From Squalus acanthias (lineage: Eukaryota), in the NCBI GenBank assembly GCA_030390025.1, contig CM059431.1:153576001-153640000 (forward strand): DNA of 64,000 bases. Reading direction: 5' to 3'. Below the pieces are notes generated by a model. That model saw only the letters and a list, made by a program, of their open reading frames with translations. It was not told the DNA's origin and ran no database searches. Positions 12,802 through 25,565 of the stretch are shown here, piece by piece. Both the position numbers and the translations under genes were made by a program. Positions within the stretch are counted from its first letter, which is position 1; every line of letters starts with the position of its first letter.

Positions 12802-15338
12802 ATACATAGATACATAGAAGATAGGAGCAGGAGTAGGCCAGCCGGCCCTTCGAGCCTGCTCCGCCATTTAATGAGATCATGGCTGATCCTCCAATTCAGT
12901 TTCCCGTCCCCGCCTTCTCTCCGTAACCCTTAACCCCTTTTGCCTGTAGAAATATATCTAATTCCCTCTTAAATATATTTAATGAGCTGGCGTACACTGC
13001 CCTCTGTGGCAATGAGTTCCACAGGTTCACCACCCTCTGAGTGAAGAAATTCCCCCTCATTTCTGTCCTAAATGGTTTAGCCCTTATCCTTAAATTATGT
13101 CCTCTAGTTCTGTTCTCACCCGCCAAGGGAAACATTCCTTCTGCATCTAGTCTGTCTAGACCTGTCAGAATTTTATACACTTCTATGAGGTCCCCTCTCA
13201 ATCTTCTAAACTCCAGTGTGTACATCCCTAAACTACATAGTCTCTCCTCATAGGTCAATCCCGCCATTCCTGGTATCAGCCTGGTGAATCGCCGCTGCAC
13301 CCCCTCCATGGCAAGAACATCTTTCCTCAGATGAGGCGACCAAAACTGTACACAGTACTCGAGGTGTGGTCTCACTAGTGCCCTGTACAGCTGCAGCAAG
13401 GTATCCCTGTTCCTGTATTCCAACCCTTTTGCTATGAAGGCCAGCATACCGTTTGCCTTCTTGATCGCCTGTTGCACCTGCATGCTCGCCTTCAGTGACT
13501 GGTGTACAAGAACACCCAGGTCTCTCTGTACTTCCCCCTCTCCCAATTTATTGCCATTTAAATAATAATTTGCCCTCCCGTTCCTGCACCCAAGGTGGAT
13601 AACTTCGCACTTGTCCACATTATAGTGCATCTGCCATTTATCCGCCCAATCACCCAGTCTGTCCAAATCGCTCTGGAGCTTCCTGGTCTCCTCCTCTGAG
13701 CCCACCCCCCCTCCTAGTTTAGTGTCGTCTGCAAATTTGGAAATGCTGCATCCGACTCCCTGATCCAGGTCATTAATGTAAATTGTGAACAGCTGGGGAC
13801 CCAGGACAGATCCCCGTGGTACCCCACTTGTTACTGCCTGCCATTCAGAAAATGAGCCGTTTATTCCAACTCTCTGTTTTCTATCTGACAGCCAGTTCTC
13901 TGTCCACGTCAATACTTTCCCCTTTATCCCATGAGCTTCAATTTTCCCTGCAAATCTTTTATGTGGGACCTTATCGAAGGCCTTTTGGAAGTCCAGGTAC
14001 ACCACATCTACTGGCTCTCCCCCATCTATTTTACCAGTTACTCCCTCAAAAAATTCCAGTAGATTAGTCAAGCACGATTTACCCTTTGTAAATCCATGTT
14101 GACTCTGTCCTATCCTGTCCCCATTTGCTAAGTGCTCCGCTATTTCGTCCTTAATGATGGACTCCAGCATTTTGCCCACAACTGATGTAAGGCTTACAGG
14201 TCTGTAATTACCTGCTTTTTCCCTACCCCCCTTTTTGAATAGTGGGGTAACGTTAGCTACCCTCCAATCCATGGGCACTGTTCCCGAGTCTAATGAATTC
14301 TGAAAAATCATACTTAGTGCATCCGCTATCTCTAGGGCCACCTCCTTCAGTACCCTAGGATGCATGTTATCAGGCCCTGGGGATTTGTCCGCCTTCAATC
14401 CCTTTAGCTTCCTTAACACCATATCCTTAGAGATATTGATTTGCGTCAGTTCCTCCTTTGCCAATGTCCCTATTTTTCCCGATATCCCAGGGAGGTTTTT
14501 TGTGTCTTCCTTCGTAAAGACTGACCCAAAGTATGCATTTAGTTGGTCTGCCATTTCCTTATTTCCCGTTATATATTCCCCCGTATCTGACTGCAATGGA
14601 CCAACTTTGGTTTTCACAAGTCTTTTCCTCTTGATATACGTATAAAAGCTTTTGGAGTTAGTTTTTACATGTTCCGCCAGCTGGCTTTCGTAAGCTATTT
14701 TGCCCCTCTTGATTAAGCCCTTTGTCCTCCTTTGCTCTATCTTAAACTGTTCCCAATCTTCCGCTCTGGCGCTTTTTTTGGCTATTTTATACGCCCTATC
14801 TTTGGATTTTATGCTGTCTCTAATTTCCCCTGTTATCCACGGTTGAGTCACCTTTTTAGATTTCCTTTTATGCCAGATTGGTATAAACAATTTTTGCAAT
14901 TTTTTCATTCTATCTTTAAATGCTTGCCATTGTTTATCTACCTCCAGTCCTCCCAGGAATGTTGTCCAATCAGACCTACTCAGTTCCCGTCTAATGGCAT
15001 CATAATTCCCCTTGTTTAAATTCAGGACCTTAGTCTCTGAGTCAATTTCTTCGCTCTCCATTTCGAGTGAGAAATCGATCATGTTATGATCGCTCTGACC
15101 CAAGGGTCCCCGTACAACAAGATTACTAATTAGTCCCTTCTCATTGCACAGTACCCAGTCCAATATAGCCTGTTCCCGAGTTGGTTCCTCGACATATTGA
15201 TCCAGATAACCATCCCTTAAACACTCAAGGAATTCCTCCTCCTCATTATTTTTACTGATTAGGCTATTCCAATCTATATGTAAGTTAAAGTCACCTATGA
15301 TGACAGCTGTGCTCTTATTGCACGCTTCTCTAATTTTC
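12802..15338 (-). mobile_element. Young 5'-truncated CR1 LINE with uninterrupted ORF2 fragment
   Basis: Stop-free ORF 12896-15403 (APE C-terminus + RT, FADDTK); CTATGTAT tail abuts GPCR codon 13. Confidence 0.95.
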
Positions 15339-15854
15339 TCGCGTCTTTGGTATTCTCGGTAAGTCAATGCATCCTGTTGTTTAATAGTTGTTGACGATCT
15401 CACTGTTAATGATTATGTAACAGATTACGTGAAGATCATTTATCTACCGGGATAATTTGGTGAATATCAGCGGGAAATCGACCAGTGTGCGCGGACGGTT
15501 AGGGGCTACTCTGTCGGGCAGATCTTCGGCACCGGGCACTCAACTTCCCTCTCTGCACTGAGGGAGTGCGAGGCTGATTCCCGGCTCCTCCAACAGTACA
15601 TAGTCCAGTAAAAAATGTGTTGCTTAGTGTCCATAGTATTAATATCATTTGTCCCGTAGTTCCCTGTCTATTTTAAGTTGATAATTGCTCGGACTGCAGC
15701 TACCTCCACCCAACAGCTGAATGTTTTATTGAATCTAGATATTTCCAGTAATTGCTGCGAAATTATATTTAACCACTGCCTGAAGTATGGTGGAAGGGAG
15801 TCGGAATTTGAGTTCCTCTATATTGAATATTCAGTGTTTCATTCCTTTTAAATC

Positions 15855-16612
15855 AATTTTTTAAGATATATATAAATGACCTGGATATTCGAATACAGGG
15901 TAGAATTTCTAAATTTGCCGATGACACCAAACTTGGGGGCGTGGCAAACAGTAGCTGCAGCAGGACATATAAAGGCTGGCAGAATGGGCAGACAAGCGGC
16001 AGATGGAATTTAATACAGAGAAGTGTGAGGAGATGCATTTTGGCAGAAGGAAAAGGGAGAGGCAATATACACGCAATGGCACAGTTTTAAAGATTTTGCA
16101 GGGACAGAGGGACCTGGGAGTAAATGTGCATAGGTCCCTGATGGTGGCGGGACATATTGAGAGATTGGTTAACAAAGCATATGGGATCTTAGGCTTCATA
16201 AATAGTGGTATTTAGTACAAAAGCAGAGAAGTGATGCAGAACCTTTATAAAGCACTGGTTGGATCACAACTGGAGTATTGCGTCCATTTCTGGTCACCAC
16301 ACTTTTGGAAGGATGTGAAGGCCCTTGAGAGGGTGCAGAGGAGATTTACTAGAATGTTTCCGGGGATGGGGGTTCTTGGCTACAAGGACAGGTTGGAGAA
16401 GCTGGATTTTGTTTTATTAGAGCAAAGGAGGTTGAGGGGTGATTTGATAAATGTGTGCAAGTTTATGGCGGGTTTGGATAGGCTAGACGGGGAAAGGCTA
16501 TTCCCACTAGTTGATGGTAAAAAGACTAGGGGACACAGATTGAAGGTTTTGGGTAAGAGATACAGGGGGAATGTGAGCAATAACTTTTTTACGCAGTGAG
16601 TGGTGAGGACCT
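15855..16612 (+). mobile_element. Older CR1 3' fragment, part 1
   Basis: [33 protein letters not shown]; continues at 18028. Confidence 0.85.
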
Positions 16613-18027
16613 TACATCAGTTGTGGGCAACCTTACATCAGTTGTGGGCAAAATGCTGGAGTCCATCATTAAGGATGAAATAGCGGAGCACTTAGCAAAT
16701 GGGGACAGGATAGGACAGAGTCAACATGGATTTACAAAGGGTAAATCGTGCTTGACTAATCTATTGGAATTTTTTGAGGGAGTAACTGGTAAAATAGATG
16801 GGGCAGAGCCAGTAGATGTGGTGTACCTGGACTTACAAAAGGCCTTCGACAAGGTCCCACATAAAAGATTAGCATGGAAAATTGAAGCTCATGGGATAAA
16901 GGGGAAAGTATTGACGTGGATAGAGAACTGGCTGTCAGATAGAAAACAGAGAGCTGGAATAAACGGCTCATTTTCTGAATGGCAGGCAGTAACAAGTGGG
17001 GTACCACAGGGATCTGTCCTGGGTCCCCAGCTGTTCACAATTTACATTAATGACCTGGATCAGGGAGTCGGATGCAGCATTTCCAAATTTGCAGACGACA
17101 CTAAACTAGGAGGGGTGGGTGGGCTCAGAGGAGGAGACCAGGAAGCTCCAGAGCGATTTGGACAGACTGGGTGATTGGGCGGATAAATGGCAGATGCACT
17201 ATAATGTGGACAAGTGCGAAGTTATCCACCTTGGGTGCAGGAACGGGAGGGCAAATTATTATTTAAATGGCAATAAATTGGGAGAGGGGGAAGTACAGAG
17301 AGACCTGGGTGTTCTTGTACACCAGTCACTGAAGGCGAGCATGCAGGTGCAACAGGCGATCAAGAAGGCAAACGGTATGCTGGCCTTCATAGCAAAAGGG
17401 TTGGAATACAGGAACAGGGTTACCTTGCTGCAGCTGTACAGGGCACTAGTGAGACCACACCTCGAGTACTGTGTACAGTTTTGGTCGCCTCATCTGAGGA
17501 AAGATGTTCTTGCCATGGAGGGGGTGCAGCGGCGATTCACCAGGCTGATACCAGGAATGGCGGGATTGACCTATGAGGAGAGACTATGTAGTTTAGGGAT
17601 GTACACACTGGAGTTTAGAAGATTGAGAGGGGACCTCATAGAAGTGTATAAAATTCTGACAGGTCTAGACAGACTAGATGCAGAAGGAATGTTTCCCTTG
17701 GCGGGTGAGAACAGAACTAGAGGACATAATTTAAGGATAAGGGCTAAACCATTTAGGACAGAAATGAGGGGGAATTTCTTCACTCAGAGGGTGGTGAACC
17801 TGTGGAACTCATTGCCACAGAGGGCAGTGTACGCCAGCTCATTAAATATATTTAAGAGGGAATTAGATATATTTCTACAGGCAAAAGGGGTTAAGGGTTA
17901 CGGAGAGAAGGCGGGGACGGGATACTGAATTGGAGAATCAGCCATGATCTCATTAAATGGCGGAGCAGGCTTTAAGGGCCGGATGGCCTACTCCTGCTCC
18001 TATCTTCTATGTATCTATGTATCTATG
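16613..18027 (+). mobile_element. Young CR1 3' fragment, near-identical inverted copy of 12802-14190
   Basis: ORF translations almost identical to the 12896 ORF; GACCT on both flanks; 21-bp tandem duplication CCTTACATCAGTTGTGGGCAA at the 5' junction. Confidence 0.92.
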
Positions 18028-18247
18028 ACCTGGAACTCACTGCCGACGGATGTGGTGGAAGCGGAGACACTCAATGTTTTCAAGGGGAGACTTGATAGGC
18101 ACTTGAGGGAAATAATCTTGTACGGCTGCGGGGACAGTGGCGCAGTGGGGGGTGGGGCGGGAGTATGGGACTGACTGGATTGCTCTACAGAGAGCGGTAC
18201 GGACTCGATGGGACGAATGCCCTCCCTCTCTGCCGTAATGACTGTAT
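18028..18247 (+). mobile_element. Older CR1 3' fragment, part 2 (ORF2 end and 3'UTR)
   Basis: TWNSLPTDVVEAETLNVFKGRLDRHL continues NFFTQ at 16596. Confidence 0.8.
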
Positions 18248-18385
18248 GGCTCTTTGACACCTCAATGCTCGCCTATATGGCAAAAACAACAATGTTGGTC
18301 CCCGCATCTGAGCATTCCCCCACAATAAGCTGTGAGGTTTAACTGGATGTCCTTGTTACTAACCTCTTCTCCCTCATCCTTACAG

Positions 18386-19293
18386 CGAACCTACTGACAA
18401 TCCTGATTCTCTCCAGAGGAAAGTGCGGCCTTTCCAAATGTATCTCGGTCTACATGGTGGCCATGGCGACAGCAGATCTACTGGTCATCATCTTCCATAT
18501 ACTGGTGTTTCAGATTTTCTGTTACCACTTTCCGCATTCATTCCTGTTCTACACTCCCGTGTGTAAGTCCATTCATTACATCAATGCCGTCACCCTGGAT
18601 ATGTCGTTGTGGTTTACAGCCTTGTTCACTTTTGATCGATTTGTAACAATATGTTGTCAGAAGTTTAAAACAAAGTATTGCACAGTGAGAACTGCGGCAG
18701 CTGTTTTAACAACAGTCCTTGTGCTGGTCTGTACAGAGAATATCCCCTTTGCTTTCTCCTATGAATCTCAACGAATCATTAACAATGTTTCCTGGGGATG
18801 CCGCGCCAATGTAGCCTGTTATTCTTCTCCTGCAGGCATAGCCTATTTGCGCATTCAAATTATTTTAGTTCCATGGTTTACTGTTGCTTTGATATTACTG
18901 TTTAATTGTTTGACAGTCAGACGAATTGTAGTAAGCAGTCGGGCCCGCAGGCGAATCCGGGGTCACTGCAGTGAGAATCAGAGCGATCCAGAGTTAGAGA
19001 GCCGGAGGAAATCCATAATTTTACTGTTCACTGTATCGGGCAGTTTTATACTGTTGTGGTTCACATCTGCCATGAGCTTCATCACTGACAGCCTGGCCGT
19101 TTATTACAAATGTGACTATGAAACCCCTGCATACATCCTGTCTGAAAGCGGATTTATGCTCATGTATTTGAGTTCCTGTACAAAAACCTGCATTTATGCA
19201 GCGACACAAACCAAATTCAGTCAACAGTTGGTGAAGGTGGTGAAATCTCCTTGGACATTGATTCTGATATTGGTTAATAAAATGAAGAATTAA
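18386..19293 (+). CDS. Exon 2 of the GPR139-like 7TM receptor (end of TM1 to C-terminus), open frame
   Basis: ANLLTILILSRGKCGLSKCISVYMVAMATADLL, FTFDRFVTIC (DRY-like), SRRKSIILLF, SSCTKTCIYAATQTKF. Confidence 0.9.
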
Positions 19294-19649
19294 AACATAA
19301 CTTCCTGTCCTAACTAGAGCTCAATTACAGCCCGTGTTCCGTTTTAGAATGGCAATCTTTCCCTTGGGACAAAAGCGGATAGTTCTTGTGAAAATGAACA
19401 GGGTTCAGGAAATATTTCTGCCACTTTGTGCCGTGTGTTTGATGTCTGCTGCTTTCCTCTGGTTGACATAATCGATTGCCGCTAAAATAGCGCCTTTCCC
19501 GCTCAAGATTCAAGGAAAACAGTCATGACTGAGCTTCAGCAGTCGAGTAGAACATGTGTGCGTCAGCGTTAACTACCTCACACAGCAGCTACTGGAATGA
19601 GACGCTCAGTTTAATTAACAGATAGACATTCCTTTAGTGTAGAAACAAT

Positions 19650-20387
19650 GGCCCAAAAATTAGTGCCGCTGCGCGAGAGTACGCACTGCGTACTCTCGCG
19701 CATTCTGTCTCCAATTGCCGGTTTTCTGCATGCACTGCGCATGCGCTGAAAACCGGCACTTGGTGAATGGAAAAGGGGGCGGGACCTAGGTGAACAGCGT
19801 GCGCGCTACAGGCTGCGCGCACGCTGTGCACGTAGTGGTTTCAACGCGCAGGTAAGTACGGAAGATTCTGCACATAAAAAAAGGAGTGAGACCCACTTTT
19901 AACAAGGTAAGTATTGAATTAAGTATTATTTTGTATTTTATTTAACAGGTATATCTTTTTTAGAGACTTTAAAGACAGGTAAGTTTTTTTATAACTTTTT
20001 AAAAGATTTTAAATTTTTTCAAAAATTTATTTTTTTATTTAAAATGGTTAATTTATTTAACTATACTTATTTTATTAATGTGATGGAATTTTTTTTAATT
20101 TAATTGAGGTTTAGCGGTTCTTTTGGGGGGCTATAGTATTCATAACTTTCACAGCACTTATCTGAAAGTTATGAATGGAAGATGGTGTGCTGCCATTGGC
20201 GCTAACTCAGTCACGTGATCCCACAGCTCGCACGAATTAACTGCGCCGGTGGGATACGCAAGCCCAGCACAGCAGCTGTCCAGAACATCAACTTCGTGCG
20301 AGCTGGAACTGAAAAAGCCAACGCGGAGCGAGAGATCGCGGGGAAGCCTTACCCTCGCACAAAGGCTTCCTCACGAATTTTTGTGCC
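19650..20387. mobile_element. MITE copy A (738 bp), 16-bp TIRs, AAT TSD
   Basis: AAT|GGCCCAAAAATTAGTG ... CACGAATTTTTGTGCC|AAT; near-identical copy at 60612-61353. Confidence 0.9.
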
Positions 20388-21082
20388 AATGTGTTACAAT
20401 GGTGTTTATTTGCAATTCTGTCATCTTGGTGTGAATGTTGCAGGCGCTTGACTCCCCATAAGACTCCGCCCCCCATTGTCTCCTGCACCAATAGAACGGA
20501 GCCCTGTCTCCTGATCAGTGTTTAATGATGGAGTCAGTAGGAACTTGACTCGTCAATGTGACATTAGACATCTTTGTTCACAGATATTTACTGAAAATCT
20601 CAACTGGTCATCAGTTTGTTGGAATGTTATAAGAGGGGAAAAGAATGTTCAACCCAATTAGTCATTCTCAGCGTTTACCCTCCAGCCGATCAAATAGTTC
20701 CAATCACTTTATCCGCCCGGTCTCAACATCAATTCATCCTATTTTTGTTCATACAATTTAGTCTCCAATTTTGACATAATTTCTGCCTCTGTTAATTCCA
20801 CAACTTCACCATTCTCAATGTAAAGAGGAGTCTCTGACCACCCGTTCTAAATCTCTTCAATCCATTGTTTAATCTATAGCCGTTCGTTCCAGATCCCTCA
20901 AATAATGGCAGCAGTCTACTTCTTTCTATTCTGTACTGTACCTTCTTAGCCGAAATCACCTGGGCACAACTCGCCAAAAAATCTCATCCTGGTATCAATT
21001 CACAATCTAGTGCAAGTCAGGTAAGTATATTTAAGATAGTTAACTGATTGCTTTCTCTTGGAGATGAAAGCAGTTTACCCAG

Positions 21083-24000
21083 GATATACAGCACAGAAAC
21101 AGCCCATTCGGCCCAACCAGTCCATGTCGGCGTTTAAGCTCCACTCGAGCCTCCTTTCATCTTTCCTCATCTAACTCTATCAGCACAACCCTATATTCCC
21201 TTCTCCCTCCTATTCTTATCTAGCCTCCCTTCAAATGTGTCTATACTGTTTGCTTGAACCACTCCCTGTGGTAGAGAGGTTCACATCCTCACATTCTATT
21301 GGTAAGAACTTTCTTATGAATTCCGTATTTGATTTCTTGGTGACTATCTTACACTGATGGCCTTCAGTTTTGCTCTTCCCCAGAAGTGGAAACATTCTTT
21401 CTCTGTCTACTCTATCAAAACCTTTTCATATTTTCAAGACCTCTATTAGGTCATCCCTCAGCCTTCTCTTTTCAATAGAAAGGAGACCCAGCCTGTTCAT
21501 ACCTTCCTGATAGGTATATCCTCGCAGTTCTTGTATCATCCTTGTAAATCTTTTTTTGCACCCTCTCCAGTACCTCTATATCTTTTTTATAATTTGGCGA
21601 CCAGAACTGTCCGCAGTTCTTCAAGGGTGGTATTACAAATCTTCGATACAAGTTTCGCATAATTCCCCACTTTTCAATTCTATCCCTCTTGAATTAAACC
21701 CGAGTGCTTGGTTTGTTTTTTTATGTGTCGCTTGCATTTATAAACCTGCGTCGCTAGTTTTACTGATTTGTGTATTTGTAATCCAAGATCGCTTTGCTTT
21801 TCTATCCCATTTAGATTCTTATTTTCCAAGTAATATGTGACTTCCTTATTTTTCTTACCAAAATATAATACCTCCCATTTATCTGTGTTGAATTGCATTT
21901 GCCCATTCTGCAAGTTTATTAATGTCTTCTTGTAATTTGTTGCAGCCCTCCTCAGTACTGACTATCACAGCCGCTCCCTTCCCCCAATTTGGTGACATCC
22001 GCCAATTTAGAAATAGTGTTTTAGATTCCAAAGTCTAAATTGTTAACATAAATTATGAACAAACATGGTCCCAGCACTGATCATTGTGGGACCCCACTTT
22101 TCATAATCTGCCGCTCCGTATAGCTAACCTTTACCCCTACTCTCTGCTTTCTGTCTTGAAGCCAGCTAACTATCCATTCTGCTACTTGTTTCCTCACTCC
22201 GCATTCTCTGACCTTTTTCATTAGTCTGTTATTCAGTAAATTATCGAAGGTTTTTTTTTAAATCTCGATAAATTACGTCTATTACTTTACCCTTGCCAAC
22301 GCTCTCTGTTACCTCTTCAAAGAATTCAATGAGTGTGGTCAAACAAGACTTTCTCTTTCGAAATGCATGCTGACTAATCATTATTATATTTTTGTTTTCT
22401 GGATTTTCTTCTATTTTTTTCCTTTAGTAGGGATTCCATTATTTATCCTAACACCGATGTTAAGATGACTGCTCTATAGTCCCATGGACATGTTCCATTT
22501 CCCTTCTTAAATATAGGTATTACGTTAGCTATCCACCAGTCCTTTTGAACTACACCGTTTCCTAACGAATTATTAAATATGTGTAATAGTCTCTCTTCTG
22601 TCGCTTCCCTGGATTCCTTTAAAATGAACGAATATAATCCGTCTGGAGCAGGGCATTTGTCCTGTTTGAGTTCGATTAGTTCATTTAATAGTTCTCCATT
22701 TAATTTTAAATGTGGTTATATAATTTCTAATCTTATTTTCCGATGTCACGTCTACCTGACCGTCTCCCTGGTAAATACTGAAGTAAAGTAATTATATAAT
22801 ATTTCTGGCATTTCGCTATCACTGCCTTTGATTTTATCCTGACCGTTCCTTAATGGCCGTATTCCCATCCCAAATGTCCTTTTTATTTATCTGCCTGTAG
22901 AATATTTTATTACGTTGTTTTATGTTCCTTGCTAATTTAATCGCAAGTTCCCCTTTGCCTTCCTATTGTTTTTTTGACTTCTCTATTCTCTTCGCATTCT
23001 CCCTTGCCATGATCTTCCCTTTTGTCCATTTTCTTAGTGTATGCCTCTTTCCTTATCCTCAATTTTTCCCTTATGTCTTTATTCATCCATGGCGTCTCAT
23101 TAGTGCTTAGTTTGTTCTTGAATTTTAGTGGGCTATATTTTCCTGGTCCTGCTGAATAAATGTTTCCCATTGTTGTTCTACATCATTGCTTGCCAATATT
23201 GTTGTACATTTTATTTTCCCAAGTTCTATTCTCAGCCCCTCAAAATCGCATTTTCTCCAATCTATTACCCTGTTCGGCGTCATACGTATTTTCTTCTCAA
23301 TTATTACCTGAAATCGTATTATATTGTGGTCACTATTACCAAGATGCTGCCCCACTTTTACTTCTCTTATCTGCTCTGTTTCATGCTCCATTACTCGATC
23401 CAGTAGCTAATTCTCCCTTTTCGACTTCTTACCTATTGGGTTCAAAAGGAGTCCTTTTCACATAGTAGGAACTGCATCCCCTTATTCCCTTTAGCTAGCT
23501 CTTCTGCCCAATTAATTTCGGGGCAGTTTAAACTCCACATATTTTTGTTTTTTACTAATTTCTCTCATTTGTTTCCAAATTTCTTCCTTCATCTCTTCTT
23601 CCACCATTAGTAGTCTGTAGACTTCCTCTGGGAGTGTACTCATCCTTCATTATCTTTTATCTCTATCAACTTGGATTCTATTTCTGTCTTACTGATAGCT
23701 GCGTCATATTTTCTACTGCCAATATGTTACCTATAATAAGCACAACTACTACATCTCCCTTTTACTTCTCTATCTTTTCTAAACATACCCTGCAATGTTT
23801 AATTCCCTGTCCTGCTTTTTTTAGCCATGTCTTAGAATTTACTACAATATCTGGTTCCTCGCAACATATTAGTGCCTCCAGTTCCCCTGTTTTATTACGG
23901 ACATAGTGCACATTGCTGTACAGGGTGTTTAACTCATGCTTAATAGCAGTTCTTTTCGCTTTATTTTTAACCATATTTTAACTCTCTAGTTCAAGAACTC

Positions 24001-25565
24001 TATTTATTACGTAGAGTCTATGCCCTCCCTTAGTTTATTCCGTCCTATGCTCTCCGTTCCTGTTTCGTTTATATTTAGTCTGGTTTAATTTCTTATAGAT
24101 CCCTTGTTACGAATGCTTCGTGCATTCAGAGAAACAGCCTTTAATTTTAACTTTTTACCATTATTCTCTGCTTTCTCCTCATTCGCGATGCCCTATTACC
24201 GTTAAGCTTTCTGTCCTTTCCTGTCGCACTCTGCTTATCTTTACCCAAATCGATACACTGCTCCATTGCCTTGACTTTTAGTTTAAAGCCCCATTAACAG
24301 TCCGTGTTATTCGATTCACCAGGATACAGGTCCCAGCCCGGTTTAAGTGCAGCCCCTCCCAATGGAACAGCTCACTCTTTTTCCAGAACTGGTGCCAGTG
24401 CCCATGAATCGAAACCTCTTCCTCCCAAACCATTCTTTCAGCAAATCCTTCAACTCTCAGTTCTGCTTATCCCTATGGTAATTTGCACTTGGATGAGGTC
24501 ACAATCCAGAAATTATTATTTTGAGGTCCTGCATTTTAAATTGTATGCTCGCTCCTCAAACTCTCTCAGCAGAACCTCATTCCTAGTTCGACGTCTGTCA
24601 TTGGTTCCTACATGGACCACGACCATTGAATCCTTCCCCTCCCCCTCCAAATGTTTCTCCAGCTGCGGGGAGATATCCATAATCCTGAAAGGCAACAGAG
24701 CCGTCGGAGCACCCGGTCGTGGCTGCAGACAACAGTATTTCCCCCCCTGACTATACTGTCCCCTACCACAACTTCATTCATATTAACTCCCCCCCACTCG
24801 AATGGCCTCCTATACCACGGTGCCGTGGTAAGTTTGCACATCCTTACTGCAGACTTTGCCCTCATCCTCACAGGCAGCAAGAACCTCATACCTGCTGAAT
24901 ACGTACTAAGCCGAGACTCCTCCAGGGCTGCAACCTGGGGTCCCCTTACCTTCCTGAGTCGCAGCCACACCCTCCTGTCCCTGGCCACCACCAGGCCTGT
25001 TCCACTACCTAAACGAATGAGTGTGACTGCCTCCAGGATCAAAGTGTCCAGGTAACTCCCCCCCCCCCCCGCCCTGATGCCTCGCAATGTCTACACCTCG
25101 GTCTTCTGTTCAACAACTCCGAGCTGAAGTTCCTCGAGGTGCAGGCACTAACTGCAGACATGGTCATCAGGGGTCGCGATGCTCGCCACAAACCTTCCAC
25201 TTGATGCTGTTGCGGCACACAACCTGCACTGCCATCACGACACATCCTCGTTTTAGGTATTTAATTAATTAATGTTTATGCATTCAATTAACTTAGCTCA
25301 TGGTTTATTTTTTAACTACTTACTACATCTCGTTAAAGTTATAGTTTGAACCCACTTCGCTAGCTTCGAGAGCAAACTCAGCTGTAATACTCACCAACCA
25401 ATTACCTACCTGCTCTCCTGTGACGTCACTCATTGATAATTTGTTGTCGTTTTTGTATTATCCGAATAAATATGCCGCTGCTGCTCAGGTCTGCTCCGCC
25501 CCAGGATCTTTTCTCCCGCTGCTTTTATGCCGCCGCTCCTCATCTTGCTTAGGTCCGCTTTCATG
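21083..25565 (-). mobile_element. Decayed chimeric CR1 (5'UTR/ORF1/ORF2 start of one subfamily joined to ORF2 of another)
   Basis: Two APE starts (near 24110-24145 and LNTLYSNVHYVRNKTGELE near 23900); RT and 3' end toward 21083; VVVGDSIVRG esterase. Confidence 0.85.

Larger units (their letters stand above)
12763..19293 (+). pseudogene. GPR139/GPR142-like class A GPCR, two exons, exon 1 disrupted by CR1
   Basis: Exon 1a 12763-12801 MARPIILQIKDIY; exon 1b ~15340-15358 VFGIL-G|GTAAGT; phase-1 intron 15359-18385 ending CCTTACAG; exon 2 open to TAA 19293. Confidence 0.8.

Noticed and set aside
12896..15403. 835-aa ORF as a functional or domesticated RT gene
   Set aside because: 5'-truncated CR1 ORF2 lacking most of the endonuclease; the first ~20 codons are antisense GPCR exon/intron sequence
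18454..19293. Intact single-exon GPCR starting at Met 18454
   Set aside because: That Met lies in TM2; the frame extends upstream to a splice acceptor at 18385 and the real exon 1 is at 12763/15358
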